Assembly (NCBI GenBank): GCA_963766705.1
Contig: CAVYBE010000008.1
Span: 35,281 to 99,280, forward strand
Length of the DNA stretch: 64,000 nucleotides
Direction of reading: 5' to 3'
Origin: an uncultured Actinomycetes bacterium
Lineage (GTDB): Bacteria > Actinomycetota > Thermoleophilia > Solirubrobacterales > 70-9
Positions 44,882 to 54,609 of the stretch are shown piece by piece. Position 1 is the first letter of the stretch. Each line of letters opens with the position of its first letter. The notes beneath the pieces were generated by a model that saw nothing but the letters and a program-made list of their open reading frames with translations, was not told the DNA's origin and did no database searches. Position numbers and translations under genes: made by a program.

Positions 44882-45208
44882 TCAGAGAAGCGAGCCGCCC
44901 GGCGGCTCGACCCACAGGCGACGGACGTAGCGCTCCCGCGCCGCCGGGCCCAGCGAGGACACCGTCGCGTCCGGCCCGGCCGCCTCCAGGTCGGCCGCCA
45001 GCTCGCGCCAGGCCTGGGCGACTCCCGCCACCTTGGCCAACGGCCCCCAACTGCCGGCCTCGGCCAGCGCGGCCGCCTGGGCGCGGGCCTCGCGAGCGGA
45101 CACGGCGCCGAACTCACGGTAGGAGGAGTCGACGTAGATCCGTCTGCGCAGGGGGTCCTCGCGTCCGCCACCCATCGCGACCATGTTCTCACCCTCGCGC
45201 ATTGACAC
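44882..45208 (-). CDS. hypothetical protein
   Basis: 108 aa. Composition is more protein-like than the overlapping plus-strand ORF. No motif. Confidence 0.4.
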   Translation of the reverse strand: MSMREGENMVAMGGGREDPLRRRIYVDSSYREFGAVSAREARAQAAALAEAGSWGPLAKVAGVAQAWRELAADLEAAGPDATVSSLGPAARERYVRRLWVEPPGGSLL

Positions 45209-45279
45209 CTCATGGCAATCGGACTACGGTCCGGCGCAGGGTCCGCCGACCACACACACCCTCGACCGGGAGGTCCGAG

Positions 45280-46407
45280 ATGGAGGCGACCACGGTGAGG
45301 ACGCGGCCGTCCGCCGGTCGCCTGCGCCGGATCGCCGCCGCGCTCGATCCGGGGCAGTGGCGCAGCGTCCTGGCGATGGCGGCCGTCGTGATCGGGCTCC
45401 ACGCGGTCGGCTTCGGGCTCCTCTTCCTCCTCGTCGCTCCCCACGACCACGGCGTCGGCGCGTCCGGCGCCTTCACCGTCGGCGTCGGGTTCACCGCGTA
45501 CACGTTGGGGCTCCGCCACGCCTTCGACGCCGACCACATCGCGGCGATCGACAACACCACCCGCAAGCTGATGAACGAAGGCGAGCGACCGCTGAGCGTC
45601 GGGTTCTTCTTCAGCCTCGGCCACTCGACGGTCGTCTTCCTGCTGGCCTTCGGCTTCGCGATCGGGATCGGGGCGTTGAGCGGTGGGGTCTCGGACGGGG
45701 GCTCGACCCTGCACCAGGTCACCGGCTGGATCGGCACCGGGGTCTCCGGGACCTTCCTCTACCTGATCGCGGCCCTGAACCTGGTGATCCTGATCGGGGT
45801 CCTGAAGATCCTCGGCGAGATGAAACGGGGTGGCCACGACGAGGAGGAGCTGCAGCGCCGGCTGGACGACCGCGGCCTGATGAATCGCTTCTACAGGCGC
45901 TTCACGAAGGCGATCACCAAGCCGTGGCAGATGTACCCGATCGGGCTGCTGTTCGGGCTCGGCTTCGACACCGCCACCGAGGTCGCCCTGCTCTTCCTCG
46001 CCGCCGGCGCGGCCGGGGCCGGGCTGCCGTTCTACGCGATCCTCTGCCTGCCGATTCTCTTCGCCGCCGGGATGTCGCTGCTCGACACCCTCGACGGCTC
46101 CTTCATGAACTTCGCCTACGGCTGGGCCTTCTCCAGGCCGGTGCGCAAGGCCTTCTACAACCTGACCATCACCGCCCTCTCGGTGGTGGTGGCGTCGGTG
46201 ATCGGCTCGATCGAGATCTTCTCCCTGCTCGCCGAGAAGCTCGGCCTGGAAGGCGGCTTCTGGGCCTGGCTCGAGGCGATCGACCTCAACACGGTCGGCT
46301 ACATGATCTTCGGCCTCTTCGTCCTCACCTGGGCGCTGGCACTGGCGATCTGGCGCTTCGGCCGGCTCGAGGAGCGGTGGTCGGCGGCGATGGAGCCGCC
46401 GGACTAG
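45280..46407 (+). CDS. hoxN: HoxN/HupN/NixA family nickel/cobalt permease
   Basis: ATG at 45280 follows gggagg. Signature GLRHAFDADHIAAIDNTTRKL and FFFSLGHSTVV. Confidence 0.9.
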   Translation: MEATTVRTRPSAGRLRRIAAALDPGQWRSVLAMAAVVIGLHAVGFGLLFLLVAPHDHGVGASGAFTVGVGFTAYTLGLRHAFDADHIAAIDNTTRKLMNEGERPLSVGFFFSLGHSTVVFLLAFGFAIGIGALSGGVSDGGSTLHQVTGWIGTGVSGTFLYLIAALNLVILIGVLKILGEMKRGGHDEEELQRRLDDRGLMNRFYRRFTKAITKPWQMYPIGLLFGLGFDTATEVALLFLAAGAAGAGLPFYAILCLPILFAAGMSLLDTLDGSFMNFAYGWAFSRPVRKAFYNLTITALSVVVASVIGSIEIFSLLAEKLGLEGGFWAWLEAIDLNTVGYMIFGLFVLTWALALAIWRFGRLEERWSAAMEPPD

Positions 46408-46429
46408 GGACGCACCGGGCCGGCGGGCT

Positions 46430-48073
46430 CTACGCCTCCTCGGGGACCATCTCGATCGCGCCGCAGGGGCACTCCTCGACGCAGATCCCGCAGCCCTTGC
46501 AGTAGTCGTAGTCGATCTCGTAGCGCTCGCCGGGGGCGCCGAGCTTGATCACGGCGTTGTCGGGGCAGACGCCGTAGCAGTTGTCGCAGGAGAAGCAGTT
46601 GCCGCAGGAGAGGCAGCGGCGCGCCTCGAACAGCGCGTTGCCTTCGTCGAGGCCGGCGACGACCTCCTCGAAGCCGGAGGAGCGGCGCGCCGCCGCGAGC
46701 CGCTCCTGGTGGGCGCGCGGGGCGTCGGAGTAGTACCAGGTGTTGAGGGACTCGAAGCCCGCCAACTCGGGGCGCGGCGGGTGCTCGTAGGTGCCGCCGC
46801 GCAACCAGGCATCGATGTTCTTGGCCGCGAGCTTGCCGTGGCCGACGCCGACCGTGACCGTGCGCTCGGCGGGGACCATGTCGCCGCCCGCGAAGATCCC
46901 CTCGTGGCCGGTCATCATGTCCGGGCCGACCTTGACGACCCCGTCGGCGACCTCGATCCCGGGGATCCCGTCGAGCAGCGAGAGGTCGGCTTCCTGACCC
47001 AGCGCGAGGACCAGCGAGTCCGCCTCCAGCTCCTCGGTCTCCCCGGTCGGCTGCGGGAATCCCGAGTCGTCGAGCTCCATCCGCTCGAGCGCCAGCTTGC
47101 CGTCCTCGAAGTGCTTGACCGTGGAGAGCCAGCGCATCATCACGCCCTCGTCCTCGGCTTCGGCGACCTCGAGGTCGTGGGCCGGCATCCGCTCGCGGGT
47201 GCGCCGGTAGACGACGACCGCCTCGCGGGCGCCGAGCCGGCGCGCGGTCCGCGCCGCGTCCATCGCCGTGTCGCCGCCGCCGTAGATGGCGACCCGGCGA
47301 CCGAGCAGCGGCCGCTCCCCCTCCTCCAGACCCTCCAGCATCGAGACGGCGTCGACGATCCGCGCCGCCTCGCCGGCGGGCACGTAGGCGCGCCGGCCGA
47401 TGTGGGCGCCGACCGCCAGGAAGGCGGCGTCGAAGCCGCCCTCGCGCATCGAGTCGAGCACGTTGTCGACCTTGCGGTTCAGCTCCAGCTCCACCCCGAG
47501 CGCCAGGATCCGCTCCACCTCGGCGTCCAGCACGTCGCGCGGCAACCGGTAGCGGGGGATGCCGAAGTGCATCATGCCGCCGGCCATCGGGCCGGCCTCG
47601 TGGATCGTCACCGCGTGGCCGCGGCGGGCCAGGTGGTAGGCGGCCGAAAGCCCGGAGGGGCCGGCGCCGACCACCAGCACCCGCTTGCCGGTCGGCTCGG
47701 CGTCCACCTCCAGGCGCCAGCCGTGGCGGATCGCCTCGTCGCCGAGGAAGCGCTCGACCGAGTGGATGCCGACCGCCTCGTCCAGCTGCCCGCGGTTGCA
47801 GGCGGTCTCGCAGGGGTGGTAGCAGACCCTCCCCATCACGGCCGGGAACGGGTTCTCCTCGACCAGCTTGCGCCAGGCGCGCTCGTAGCCCTCGCCCCCC
47901 TCCTCCGCCTCGTACAGCCAGGCCTGGATGTTCTCCCCGGCCGGGCAGGCGTCGTTGCAGGGCGGCAGGCGGTCGACGTAGACGGCCCGTTCGTCGCGCC
48001 AGCTGCCGGTGTGGTTGGCGAGGCTCGAGCCGACGTCGAGGGTGATCGCGTAGGGCTTGCGGGCGCTGCTCAC
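46430..48073 (-). CDS. GltD-like NAD(P)H-dependent flavoprotein fused to a C-terminal 2x[4Fe-4S] ferredoxin (POR delta-like) domain
   Basis: GTG start overlaps the porB stop (GTGA). N-terminal clusters CNDACPAGENI and CYHPCETACNRG. FAD motif VLVVGAGPSGLSAAYHLA, NAD(P)H motif VAIYGGGDTAMDAART. C-terminal CLSCGNCFSCDNCYGVCP and CKGCGICVEECPCGAI. Confidence 0.85.
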   Translation of the reverse strand: MSSARKPYAITLDVGSSLANHTGSWRDERAVYVDRLPPCNDACPAGENIQAWLYEAEEGGEGYERAWRKLVEENPFPAVMGRVCYHPCETACNRGQLDEAVGIHSVERFLGDEAIRHGWRLEVDAEPTGKRVLVVGAGPSGLSAAYHLARRGHAVTIHEAGPMAGGMMHFGIPRYRLPRDVLDAEVERILALGVELELNRKVDNVLDSMREGGFDAAFLAVGAHIGRRAYVPAGEAARIVDAVSMLEGLEEGERPLLGRRVAIYGGGDTAMDAARTARRLGAREAVVVYRRTRERMPAHDLEVAEAEDEGVMMRWLSTVKHFEDGKLALERMELDDSGFPQPTGETEELEADSLVLALGQEADLSLLDGIPGIEVADGVVKVGPDMMTGHEGIFAGGDMVPAERTVTVGVGHGKLAAKNIDAWLRGGTYEHPPRPELAGFESLNTWYYSDAPRAHQERLAAARRSSGFEEVVAGLDEGNALFEARRCLSCGNCFSCDNCYGVCPDNAVIKLGAPGERYEIDYDYCKGCGICVEECPCGAIEMVPEEA

Positions 48074-49119
48074 CAGGCCACCTCCGCCGGGTCGCCGAGC
48101 AGCCCGTACTCGCGGATGTTGCGGTCGGCCATCCCCTGCAGCCGGGCGACGATGTCCGGCCGGCCGTGCTCGCCGAAGAGGTGGGCGTAGCGGCGCTGCA
48201 GCTTCAGGTACTCCTCGACCGGGACCTGGCGGCGGATCTTGGAGACCTCGCCGACCTCCCCGTCGAACGCCTCGTACACCGGGAAGAGGCCGGTCTCCTT
48301 GGCCAGCCGCGCGATCTTGATCGTGTCGGCCGACTCCGAGCCCCAACCGAGCGGGCAGGGGACGAAGACGTGCAGGTAGCGCGGGCCGTGGATGCCCATC
48401 GCCGTCTCCACCTTGCGCTCGAGGTCGTGCGGCTCGGCGACGGTGGCGGTGGCGACGTAGGGGATGCCGTGGGCCATCGCGATCCGCGGCACGTCCTTGC
48501 CCTGGCCGAAGGCGTTGCCAGGGTGGTCGCCGATCGGCTTCGTGTTGGCGGTGCGGGCGGCGGGCGGCGTCGCCCCGGAGCGCTGCACGCCGGTGTTCAT
48601 GTAGGCCTCGTTGTCGTAGCAGACGAAGAGCACGTCGTCGCCGCGCTCGAACATCCCCGAGAGGCACCCGAAGCCGATGTCGACGGTGCCGCCGTCGCCG
48701 CCCTGGCCGATCACCCGCACGTCCTCGCGGCCCTTGGCCCGCAGCGCCGCGGCGACCCCGCTGGCCACCGCGGGCGCGTTGCCGAACACCGAGTGGATCC
48801 AGGGCAGCTGCCAGGAGGTCTCCGGGAAGGGCGTCGAGAAGACCTCGAGGCAGCCGGTCGCGTTGGCGGCGACGAGCCGGCCCTCGGTGGCACGCATCGC
48901 CGCGTCGAGCACGTAGCGGGCGCCGAGCGCCTCGCCGCAGCCGCGACAGGCGCGGTGGCCGGAGGTGATCGCGTTGGAGCGGTCGGTGCGCGCCTGCACG
49001 GTGCGCTGGTCCGGGTCGAGCAGGCGGTTGCCGACCACGTGGCTGCCCACCTGGTAGAAGCGCACCCGCTGGTGCCGGCCCTCCGCCTCGGTCCGTGCCT
49101 TGTCGACAGACTCGCTCAA
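48070..49119 (-). CDS. porB: 2-oxoacid:ferredoxin oxidoreductase beta subunit (TPP-binding)
   Basis: TTG start overlaps the porA stop (TTGA). Motifs: GHRACRGCGE and GQGGDGGTVDIGFGCLSGMFERGDDVLFVCYDNEAYMNTG. Confidence 0.85.
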   Translation of the reverse strand: MSESVDKARTEAEGRHQRVRFYQVGSHVVGNRLLDPDQRTVQARTDRSNAITSGHRACRGCGEALGARYVLDAAMRATEGRLVAANATGCLEVFSTPFPETSWQLPWIHSVFGNAPAVASGVAAALRAKGREDVRVIGQGGDGGTVDIGFGCLSGMFERGDDVLFVCYDNEAYMNTGVQRSGATPPAARTANTKPIGDHPGNAFGQGKDVPRIAMAHGIPYVATATVAEPHDLERKVETAMGIHGPRYLHVFVPCPLGWGSESADTIKIARLAKETGLFPVYEAFDGEVGEVSKIRRQVPVEEYLKLQRRYAHLFGEHGRPDIVARLQGMADRNIREYGLLGDPAEVAW

Positions 49120-50366
49120 TGCGGCCTCCCGGCGACGATGCCGACTTCGCGCAGGATGTTCTCGGCGTGCGGGCCGCCGCGGCCCTCGCCGAGCCGCGCC
49201 AGCTCGGCCTCGACCCGATCCCAGTCCATGTCGAGGAAGGTCAGCGGGCCGAGCTCCCCGGCGACGGCCCGGTCGAAGAGCCCGCACAGCGAGGCGCCGG
49301 TGATCGAGCGGCCGCCGAGCCCGGCGATCGCCGTGCGCACGTCGGCCCGGCCGCCGGAGAGCGCCATCCGCACGTCGGCGGAGACGATGCCGCCGATGCC
49401 GACCGCGAGCGCCTTCTCCAGCACCAGCACGCGGTCGGCGCCGGCCAGGGCATCGCGCACCTCATCCAGCGGGAAGGGGCGGAAGGACTTGATCGCCAGG
49501 GCGCCGATCGAGGTGCCCGCCTCGCGCATCTCGTCGATCGTGTCCTCGATCGTCCCCAGCACCGAGCCGAGCGCGACGACGACCGTCTCGGCGTCCTCGT
49601 TGCGGTAGCCGCGGACCAGCCCTCCCGAGGGGCGACCGAAGGCCTCCTCGAACTCGGCGGCGACCGCGGGGATCGTGTCGAGCGCCTGCAGTTGCTTGGC
49701 GTGGGCGAGGTATTTGACCTCGGCGTAGGCCTCCGGGCCGACCATCGCGCCGATCGTCATCGGGTCGGCCGGGTCGAGCACCTGGATGGGCTCGAAGGGC
49801 GGGAGGAAGGCGGCGACCGCGTCGCGCTCGGGGACGTCGATTCGCTCGTAGGCGTGGGTGAGGATGAAGCCGTCCATGCAGACCATCACCGGCAGCGAGA
49901 GGCGCTCGGCGATCTTGAACGCCTGCACGTGCAGGTCGACCGCCTCCTGGTTTGACTCCGCGTAGAGCTGGATCCAGCCCGAGTCCCGCTGCGACATCGA
50001 GTCGCCGTGGTCGTTCCAGATGTTGATCGGGGCGCCGAGCGCCCGGTTGGCGACGGTCATCACGATCGGCAGCCCGAGGCCGGCGGCGTTGTAGAGGGCC
50101 TCGGCCATGAAGAGCAGGCCCTGGCTGGCGGTGGCCGTGTAGGTGCGGGCACCGGCGGCGGCGGCGCCGATGCAGACCGACATCGCCGCGAACTCCGACT
50201 CGACGGTCATGTACTCGCAGCGCTCCAGCTCACCCGCCCGGACCAGGTCGGAGATCCCCTCGACAATGTGGGTCTGGGGGGAGATCGGGTAGGCGCAGAC
50301 GACCTCCGGGCGGCAGGCGGCGATCGTCTCGGCGACCGCGGCGGAGCCCTCGATCTGCCTAAGCAC
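49116..50366 (-). CDS. porA: 2-oxoacid:ferredoxin oxidoreductase alpha subunit
   Basis: 416 aa: GSAAVAETIAACRPEVVCAYPISPQTHIVE, ESEFAAMSVCIGAAAAGARTYTATASQGL. Confidence 0.85.
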   Translation of the reverse strand: MLRQIEGSAAVAETIAACRPEVVCAYPISPQTHIVEGISDLVRAGELERCEYMTVESEFAAMSVCIGAAAAGARTYTATASQGLLFMAEALYNAAGLGLPIVMTVANRALGAPINIWNDHGDSMSQRDSGWIQLYAESNQEAVDLHVQAFKIAERLSLPVMVCMDGFILTHAYERIDVPERDAVAAFLPPFEPIQVLDPADPMTIGAMVGPEAYAEVKYLAHAKQLQALDTIPAVAAEFEEAFGRPSGGLVRGYRNEDAETVVVALGSVLGTIEDTIDEMREAGTSIGALAIKSFRPFPLDEVRDALAGADRVLVLEKALAVGIGGIVSADVRMALSGGRADVRTAIAGLGGRSITGASLCGLFDRAVAGELGPLTFLDMDWDRVEAELARLGEGRGGPHAENILREVGIVAGRPH

Positions 50367-50961
50367 GGCTCGCCTCCCCGACCCGCTCGGCGACCAACCC
50401 GAAGCACTCCTCGGCGGCGGCGGCGTTGCCCTCCCCGGCCTGCCCCGGGAAGCGCTCGCGGATCGCGTCCTGCACGGAGTCCAGCCGCAGGCGCCCGGTC
50501 AGCGCCGCGAAGGCGCCGAGCAGGGCGGCGTTGGGAAGCGGTTTGCCGAGATGGCGGCGGGCGACCTCACCGGCCGGGATCGCCAGCGCCCGCCCGGCGC
50601 GCAGGCCGGCGGTCAACTCCTCGATGCCGAGCTCCTCGAAGTCACGGACGCTGTTGATCAGCATGTACCCCTCCGGCCCCAGCCCGCTGAAGAGGTCGAC
50701 CTGGTGCAGCAGGGTCGGGTCCTGGACGATCAGCGCGTCGGGCTCGCCGACCGGCTCCCGGGTGCGGATCGCGGTCACGTCGAGCCGGCAGAAGGAGACG
50801 ACCGGCGCGCCGGTCCGCTCGGAGCCGAAGCTCGGGAAGGCCTGCGCGTGGAGGCCCTCGTCGAAGGCGGCGACCGACAGCAGCTCGGCGGCGGTCACGA
50901 CACCCTGTCCACCGCGCCCGTGGATACGCACCTCGAAACGTCCCTGGGTCACTGCCTCCAT
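50359..50961 (-). CDS. porG: 2-oxoacid:ferredoxin oxidoreductase gamma subunit
   Basis: 200 aa: FEVRIHGRGGQGVVTAAELLSVAAFDEG, AFPSFGSERTGAPV. Confidence 0.85.
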   Translation of the reverse strand: MEAVTQGRFEVRIHGRGGQGVVTAAELLSVAAFDEGLHAQAFPSFGSERTGAPVVSFCRLDVTAIRTREPVGEPDALIVQDPTLLHQVDLFSGLGPEGYMLINSVRDFEELGIEELTAGLRAGRALAIPAGEVARRHLGKPLPNAALLGAFAALTGRLRLDSVQDAIRERFPGQAGEGNAAAAEECFGLVAERVGEASRA

Positions 50962-51074
50962 CGCCCTCAGTGTAGGGCCGCGGGGGCCATCCGACCGTGT
51001 GGCAAACCCGCACGTGAAGGTCGGTTTTCCCCTGATGCGGTGGCGCCGACCCTTGCATAGCTTTGTGAGACATC

Positions 51075-51992
51075 GTGAGCGAGTTCACCGTCAAGTCCGA
51101 GACGCTCCACGGGCGCGTCGTCACCTACGCCGAGGCGGGCGAGGGGCCGGTGCTGCTGCTGATCCACGGCCTCGGCGGCAGCTACGAGAACTGGGCCGAG
51201 GTGATCGCGCCGCTGGCACGGACGCACACGGTCATCGCCCCCGACCTGCCGGGCCACGGCAGCTCCGCCCCGGGCAGCGGCGACTACTCGGTCGGGGCGA
51301 TGGCCTCGACCCTGCGCGACCTGCTCCTGGTGCTCGGCCGGCAGCGGGCGACGCTGGTCGGCCACTCGCTCGGCGGCGGCGTCGCGATGCAGTTCTCCTA
51401 CCAGTTCCCGGAGATGGTCGAGCGGCTGGTGCTCGTCTCCAGCGGCGGCCTCGGCCCCGAGGTGAGCGTGATCCTGCGGGCCGCGGCGCTGCCCGGCGCC
51501 GATCTCTTCATCGCCGCCACCGCCGAGGCCGGCAGGCGGATCGGCCCCCCCGTCGGCCGCGCGCTCAAGGCCGTCGGCCTGCGGCCCAACGCCGACCTCG
51601 CGGAGGTGCTGCGCGGCTACGCGGCGCTGGTCGACCCGGAGCGCCGCGCCGCCTTCCTGGCGACGGTGCGGGCGGTGATCGGCGTCGGCGGCCAGCGCGT
51701 CGACGCCACCGACCGCCTCTACCTCGCCGAGGCCATTCCGGTGCTGATCGTCTGGGGCGCCGAAGATCGGATCATCCCCGTCAGCCACGGCGAGGACGCC
51801 CACCGCCACATCCCCGCCAGTCGCTTCGAGGTCTTCGAGCGCGTCGGCCACCTGCCGCAGATCGAGGCGCCGCTGCGCTTCGTCGGATTGCTCGAAGAGT
51901 TCCTCGACGAGACCGAGCCCGCCTTCCTCACCGGTGAGGGCTCGGGTGAGGGCTCGGGCACCTCGCCGCAGGCCCGCGCCGACGCCGCCTAG
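51075..51992 (+). CDS. alpha/beta hydrolase
   Basis: GTG start. Motifs: LLLIHGLGGS, nucleophile elbow LVGHSLGGGVA, C-terminal GHLPQIE. Confidence 0.85.
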   Translation: MSEFTVKSETLHGRVVTYAEAGEGPVLLLIHGLGGSYENWAEVIAPLARTHTVIAPDLPGHGSSAPGSGDYSVGAMASTLRDLLLVLGRQRATLVGHSLGGGVAMQFSYQFPEMVERLVLVSSGGLGPEVSVILRAAALPGADLFIAATAEAGRRIGPPVGRALKAVGLRPNADLAEVLRGYAALVDPERRAAFLATVRAVIGVGGQRVDATDRLYLAEAIPVLIVWGAEDRIIPVSHGEDAHRHIPASRFEVFERVGHLPQIEAPLRFVGLLEEFLDETEPAFLTGEGSGEGSGTSPQARADAA

Positions 51993-51998
51993 CGACGA

Positions 51999-52046
51999 GT
52001 TCGCAGTTCTCCGCGCTATGCGCGGCAAAGTGCGAACGCGCCGGGG
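51999..52046. repeat. REP/MITE-like palindromic element, copy 2 (intergenic)
   Basis: gttcgcagttctccgcgctatgcgcggcaaagtgcgaacgcgccgggg lies 7 nt after the hydrolase stop. Same element as 7738-7785. Confidence 0.8.
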
Positions 52047-52079
52047 CCACCCATCCGGGGGGCTATCCTGATCCTTGGG

Positions 52080-53522
52080 ATGAAGGTGGGCACGCGGGAG
52101 GTCGAAGTTCCACCCCTCTCCCTCGAGAAGATGAGGGAGCTGGTCGTGCCTGGGCATTGGGAGCGCTTCGAGGCCGGGATCGACATCGGCCGGGCGCTGC
52201 TCGCCGACCGCGCGCTGTGGAACGTCAACTCGACCGCCGCCGGCGGCGGGGTCGCCGAGATGCTCTGGTCGTGGGTCGGCCTCGCCCGCGGCCTGGAGAT
52301 CGACATGCGCTGGCTGACGATCTCCGGGACGCTCGACTTCTTCGTGCTCACCAAGCGCCTCCACAACCAGCTGCACGGCGCCGAGGGCGACGGCGGGGCG
52401 CTCGGGTTCGCCGAGCGCGAGGCCTACGAGGAGGTGAGCCGCGACAACGCGCCGGACGTGCTCGAGCGTCTGGGCCCGCGCGACGTCGTCTTCCTCCACG
52501 ACCCGCAGACGGCCGGCCTGATCCCCCACATCGCCGGCACCGGGCGGACCGTGGTCTGGCGCTGTCACATCGGCGCCGACGAGACCAACGACCTCAGTCG
52601 CGAAGCCTGGGACTTCCTCGCCCCCTATGTGATCAAGGCCGACGCGCTGGTCTTCTCGCGCGACGCCTACGTGCCGGAGGCCTGCCGCCGAAGCGGCGTG
52701 CCGATCACGATCGTGCCGCCCTCGATCGACGCCCTCTCGCCCAAGAACCAGGCGATGACGCAGGCGCAGGTCGAGGCGATCCTGCGCCACGTCGGCCTGC
52801 TCGCCGAGGACCGTCGCAACGGGGACGGCGCCGTGTTCGAGCGTCGGATCGGCGACACCGTGCCGGTCGAGCGTCGCTGCGAGGTCGTCACCGAGGGCTT
52901 CCTGCCGACGCCGCAGACGCCGCTCGTCGTCCAGGTCTCCCGCTGGGACCGCCTCAAGGACCCGATCGGCGTCATGCAGGGCTTCGCCGGAGCCCTGCCC
53001 GGCGACGCGACCGCCCACCTGATCCTCGCCGGCCCCAGCCTCGGCTCGGTATCCGACGACCCCGACGGCGCCGCGGTGCTGGCCGAGACCACGGAGGCGT
53101 GGCGGGCGCTCGATCCGCGGGTGCGCAACCGCGTCCACCTCGCCTGCCTGCCGATGGACGACCTCGAGGAAAACGCGGCGATCGTCAACGCCCTGCAGCG
53201 CCAGGCCACGATCGTGGTCCAGAAGAGCCTCAGGGAGGGCTTCGGCCTGACCGTGACCGAGGCGATGTGGAAGGGGCGCCCGGTCATCGCCGGCGCCACC
53301 GGCGGCATCCGCGATCAGATCGAGAACGGGGTCACCGGCGTCCTCCTCCCCGACCCGCGCGACCTCGCCGCCTACGGCGCCGCCGTCGCCGGCCTGCTGG
53401 GCGACCCCGATCGCGCCGGCCGGATCGGCGCGGCGGCCCGCGAGAGCGTCCGCCACTCCTTCCTCGAGGACCGCCACACCCTGCAGTACATCGCGATGCT
53501 CTCGCGGCTCCTGAACCGCTGA
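52080..53522 (+). CDS. GT4-family glycosyltransferase (TreT-like trehalose synthase candidate)
   Basis: 480 aa: NSTAAGGGVAEML, VFLHDPQT, C-terminal EGFGLTVTEAMWKGRPVIAGATGGIRDQI (the E-x7-E region). Confidence 0.7.
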   Translation: MKVGTREVEVPPLSLEKMRELVVPGHWERFEAGIDIGRALLADRALWNVNSTAAGGGVAEMLWSWVGLARGLEIDMRWLTISGTLDFFVLTKRLHNQLHGAEGDGGALGFAEREAYEEVSRDNAPDVLERLGPRDVVFLHDPQTAGLIPHIAGTGRTVVWRCHIGADETNDLSREAWDFLAPYVIKADALVFSRDAYVPEACRRSGVPITIVPPSIDALSPKNQAMTQAQVEAILRHVGLLAEDRRNGDGAVFERRIGDTVPVERRCEVVTEGFLPTPQTPLVVQVSRWDRLKDPIGVMQGFAGALPGDATAHLILAGPSLGSVSDDPDGAAVLAETTEAWRALDPRVRNRVHLACLPMDDLEENAAIVNALQRQATIVVQKSLREGFGLTVTEAMWKGRPVIAGATGGIRDQIENGVTGVLLPDPRDLAAYGAAVAGLLGDPDRAGRIGAAARESVRHSFLEDRHTLQYIAMLSRLLNR

Positions 53523-53569
53523 GCGGGTGTGTGGCCGGGGCCGCGGGGGCGATCACCGCCGCGCCGGCC

Positions 53570-54397
53570 TCACCGCCTCGCGAGCAGCTCTTCCGAGCGC
53601 TCCCAGAGCCACCGGGCGAGCTCGCCGTCGCGCGCCTGCGGATTCATCCGCTTCGCCGGCTTGCGCTTCTCGTAGTAGACGCCGGATTGCCAGTCGACCC
53701 CCGGCGTGCCCTCGGCGAGCCAGGTCAGCTGACCCGCCGCCTTCTCGGAGCTGGTCAGGAGGAAGCGACTCAGCGGGTTGCGGTAGATCAGCGCCGACAG
53801 GCCGCCGACCTCGCTGGCGAAGTTGGAGGCGACGACGCCGGGGTGGAAGGCCGCCGCGGCGAGGCCCTCGCCGCCGTAGCGACGGGCGAGCTCCACCGTG
53901 AAGAGGATGTTCTCCAGCTTGGTGGTGCCGTAGGCGCGCAGGCCGTTCCAATCCTTTTCGTGCTCGAGGTCGTCCATCTCGATCCTGCCGAGGGCGCGGG
54001 CGCCGACGCTCGAGGTCTGGATCACCGACGCCCGGCTCGCAACCAGCTTCTCCAGCAGGAGTCGGGTCAACAGGAACGGAGCCAGGTGGTTGACCTGGAA
54101 GGTCTTCTCGTGGCCGTCGACCGTCTCGACCTGCTCCGGGAAGGAGCCGCCCGCGTTGTTGGCGAGGACGTCGATCGTCGGGCAGCGGGCATCGATCTCG
54201 GCGGCGAGCCCGCGCACCTCGTCGAGCACGGCGAAGTCGGCGACCAGCCCCTCGCTCCCGATCTCCTCGGCGACCGACCTCGTCTTCTGCGGCGATCGAC
54301 CCACGACCACGACGCGATGGCCATCGGCGTGAAGCTGCCGCGCCGCCGCGGCCCCGATCCCGTCGCTGGCTCCGGTGATGACGATGGTCTTCGACAT
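53570..54397 (-). CDS. short-chain dehydrogenase/reductase
   Basis: Starts at MSKTIVITGASDGIGAAAA (ATG at 54397, RBS gggaggg). Motifs: NNAG and YGTTK. Confidence 0.85.
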   Translation of the reverse strand: MSKTIVITGASDGIGAAAARQLHADGHRVVVVGRSPQKTRSVAEEIGSEGLVADFAVLDEVRGLAAEIDARCPTIDVLANNAGGSFPEQVETVDGHEKTFQVNHLAPFLLTRLLLEKLVASRASVIQTSSVGARALGRIEMDDLEHEKDWNGLRAYGTTKLENILFTVELARRYGGEGLAAAAFHPGVVASNFASEVGGLSALIYRNPLSRFLLTSSEKAAGQLTWLAEGTPGVDWQSGVYYEKRKPAKRMNPQARDGELARWLWERSEELLARR

Positions 54398-54609
54398 GGC
54401 CCTCCCTGGTTTGTTGACCGTTCCGTGGAGAGGGTACGAGCGGGTCCCGGGAAGGCGATCGCCGAGGCCGGGCTGCACCCGGCGAGCGGCGGGGACGGCA
54501 CGCTGCCGTGCTCGGGGGACATGCTGCTGGCGGCGCTCGTCGCCTGCGCCGGGGGCACGGCAGGGTGCCAGGCGCGCCCCCGGTCGCACCCTGCCGTGGA
54601 ATCAACCAT

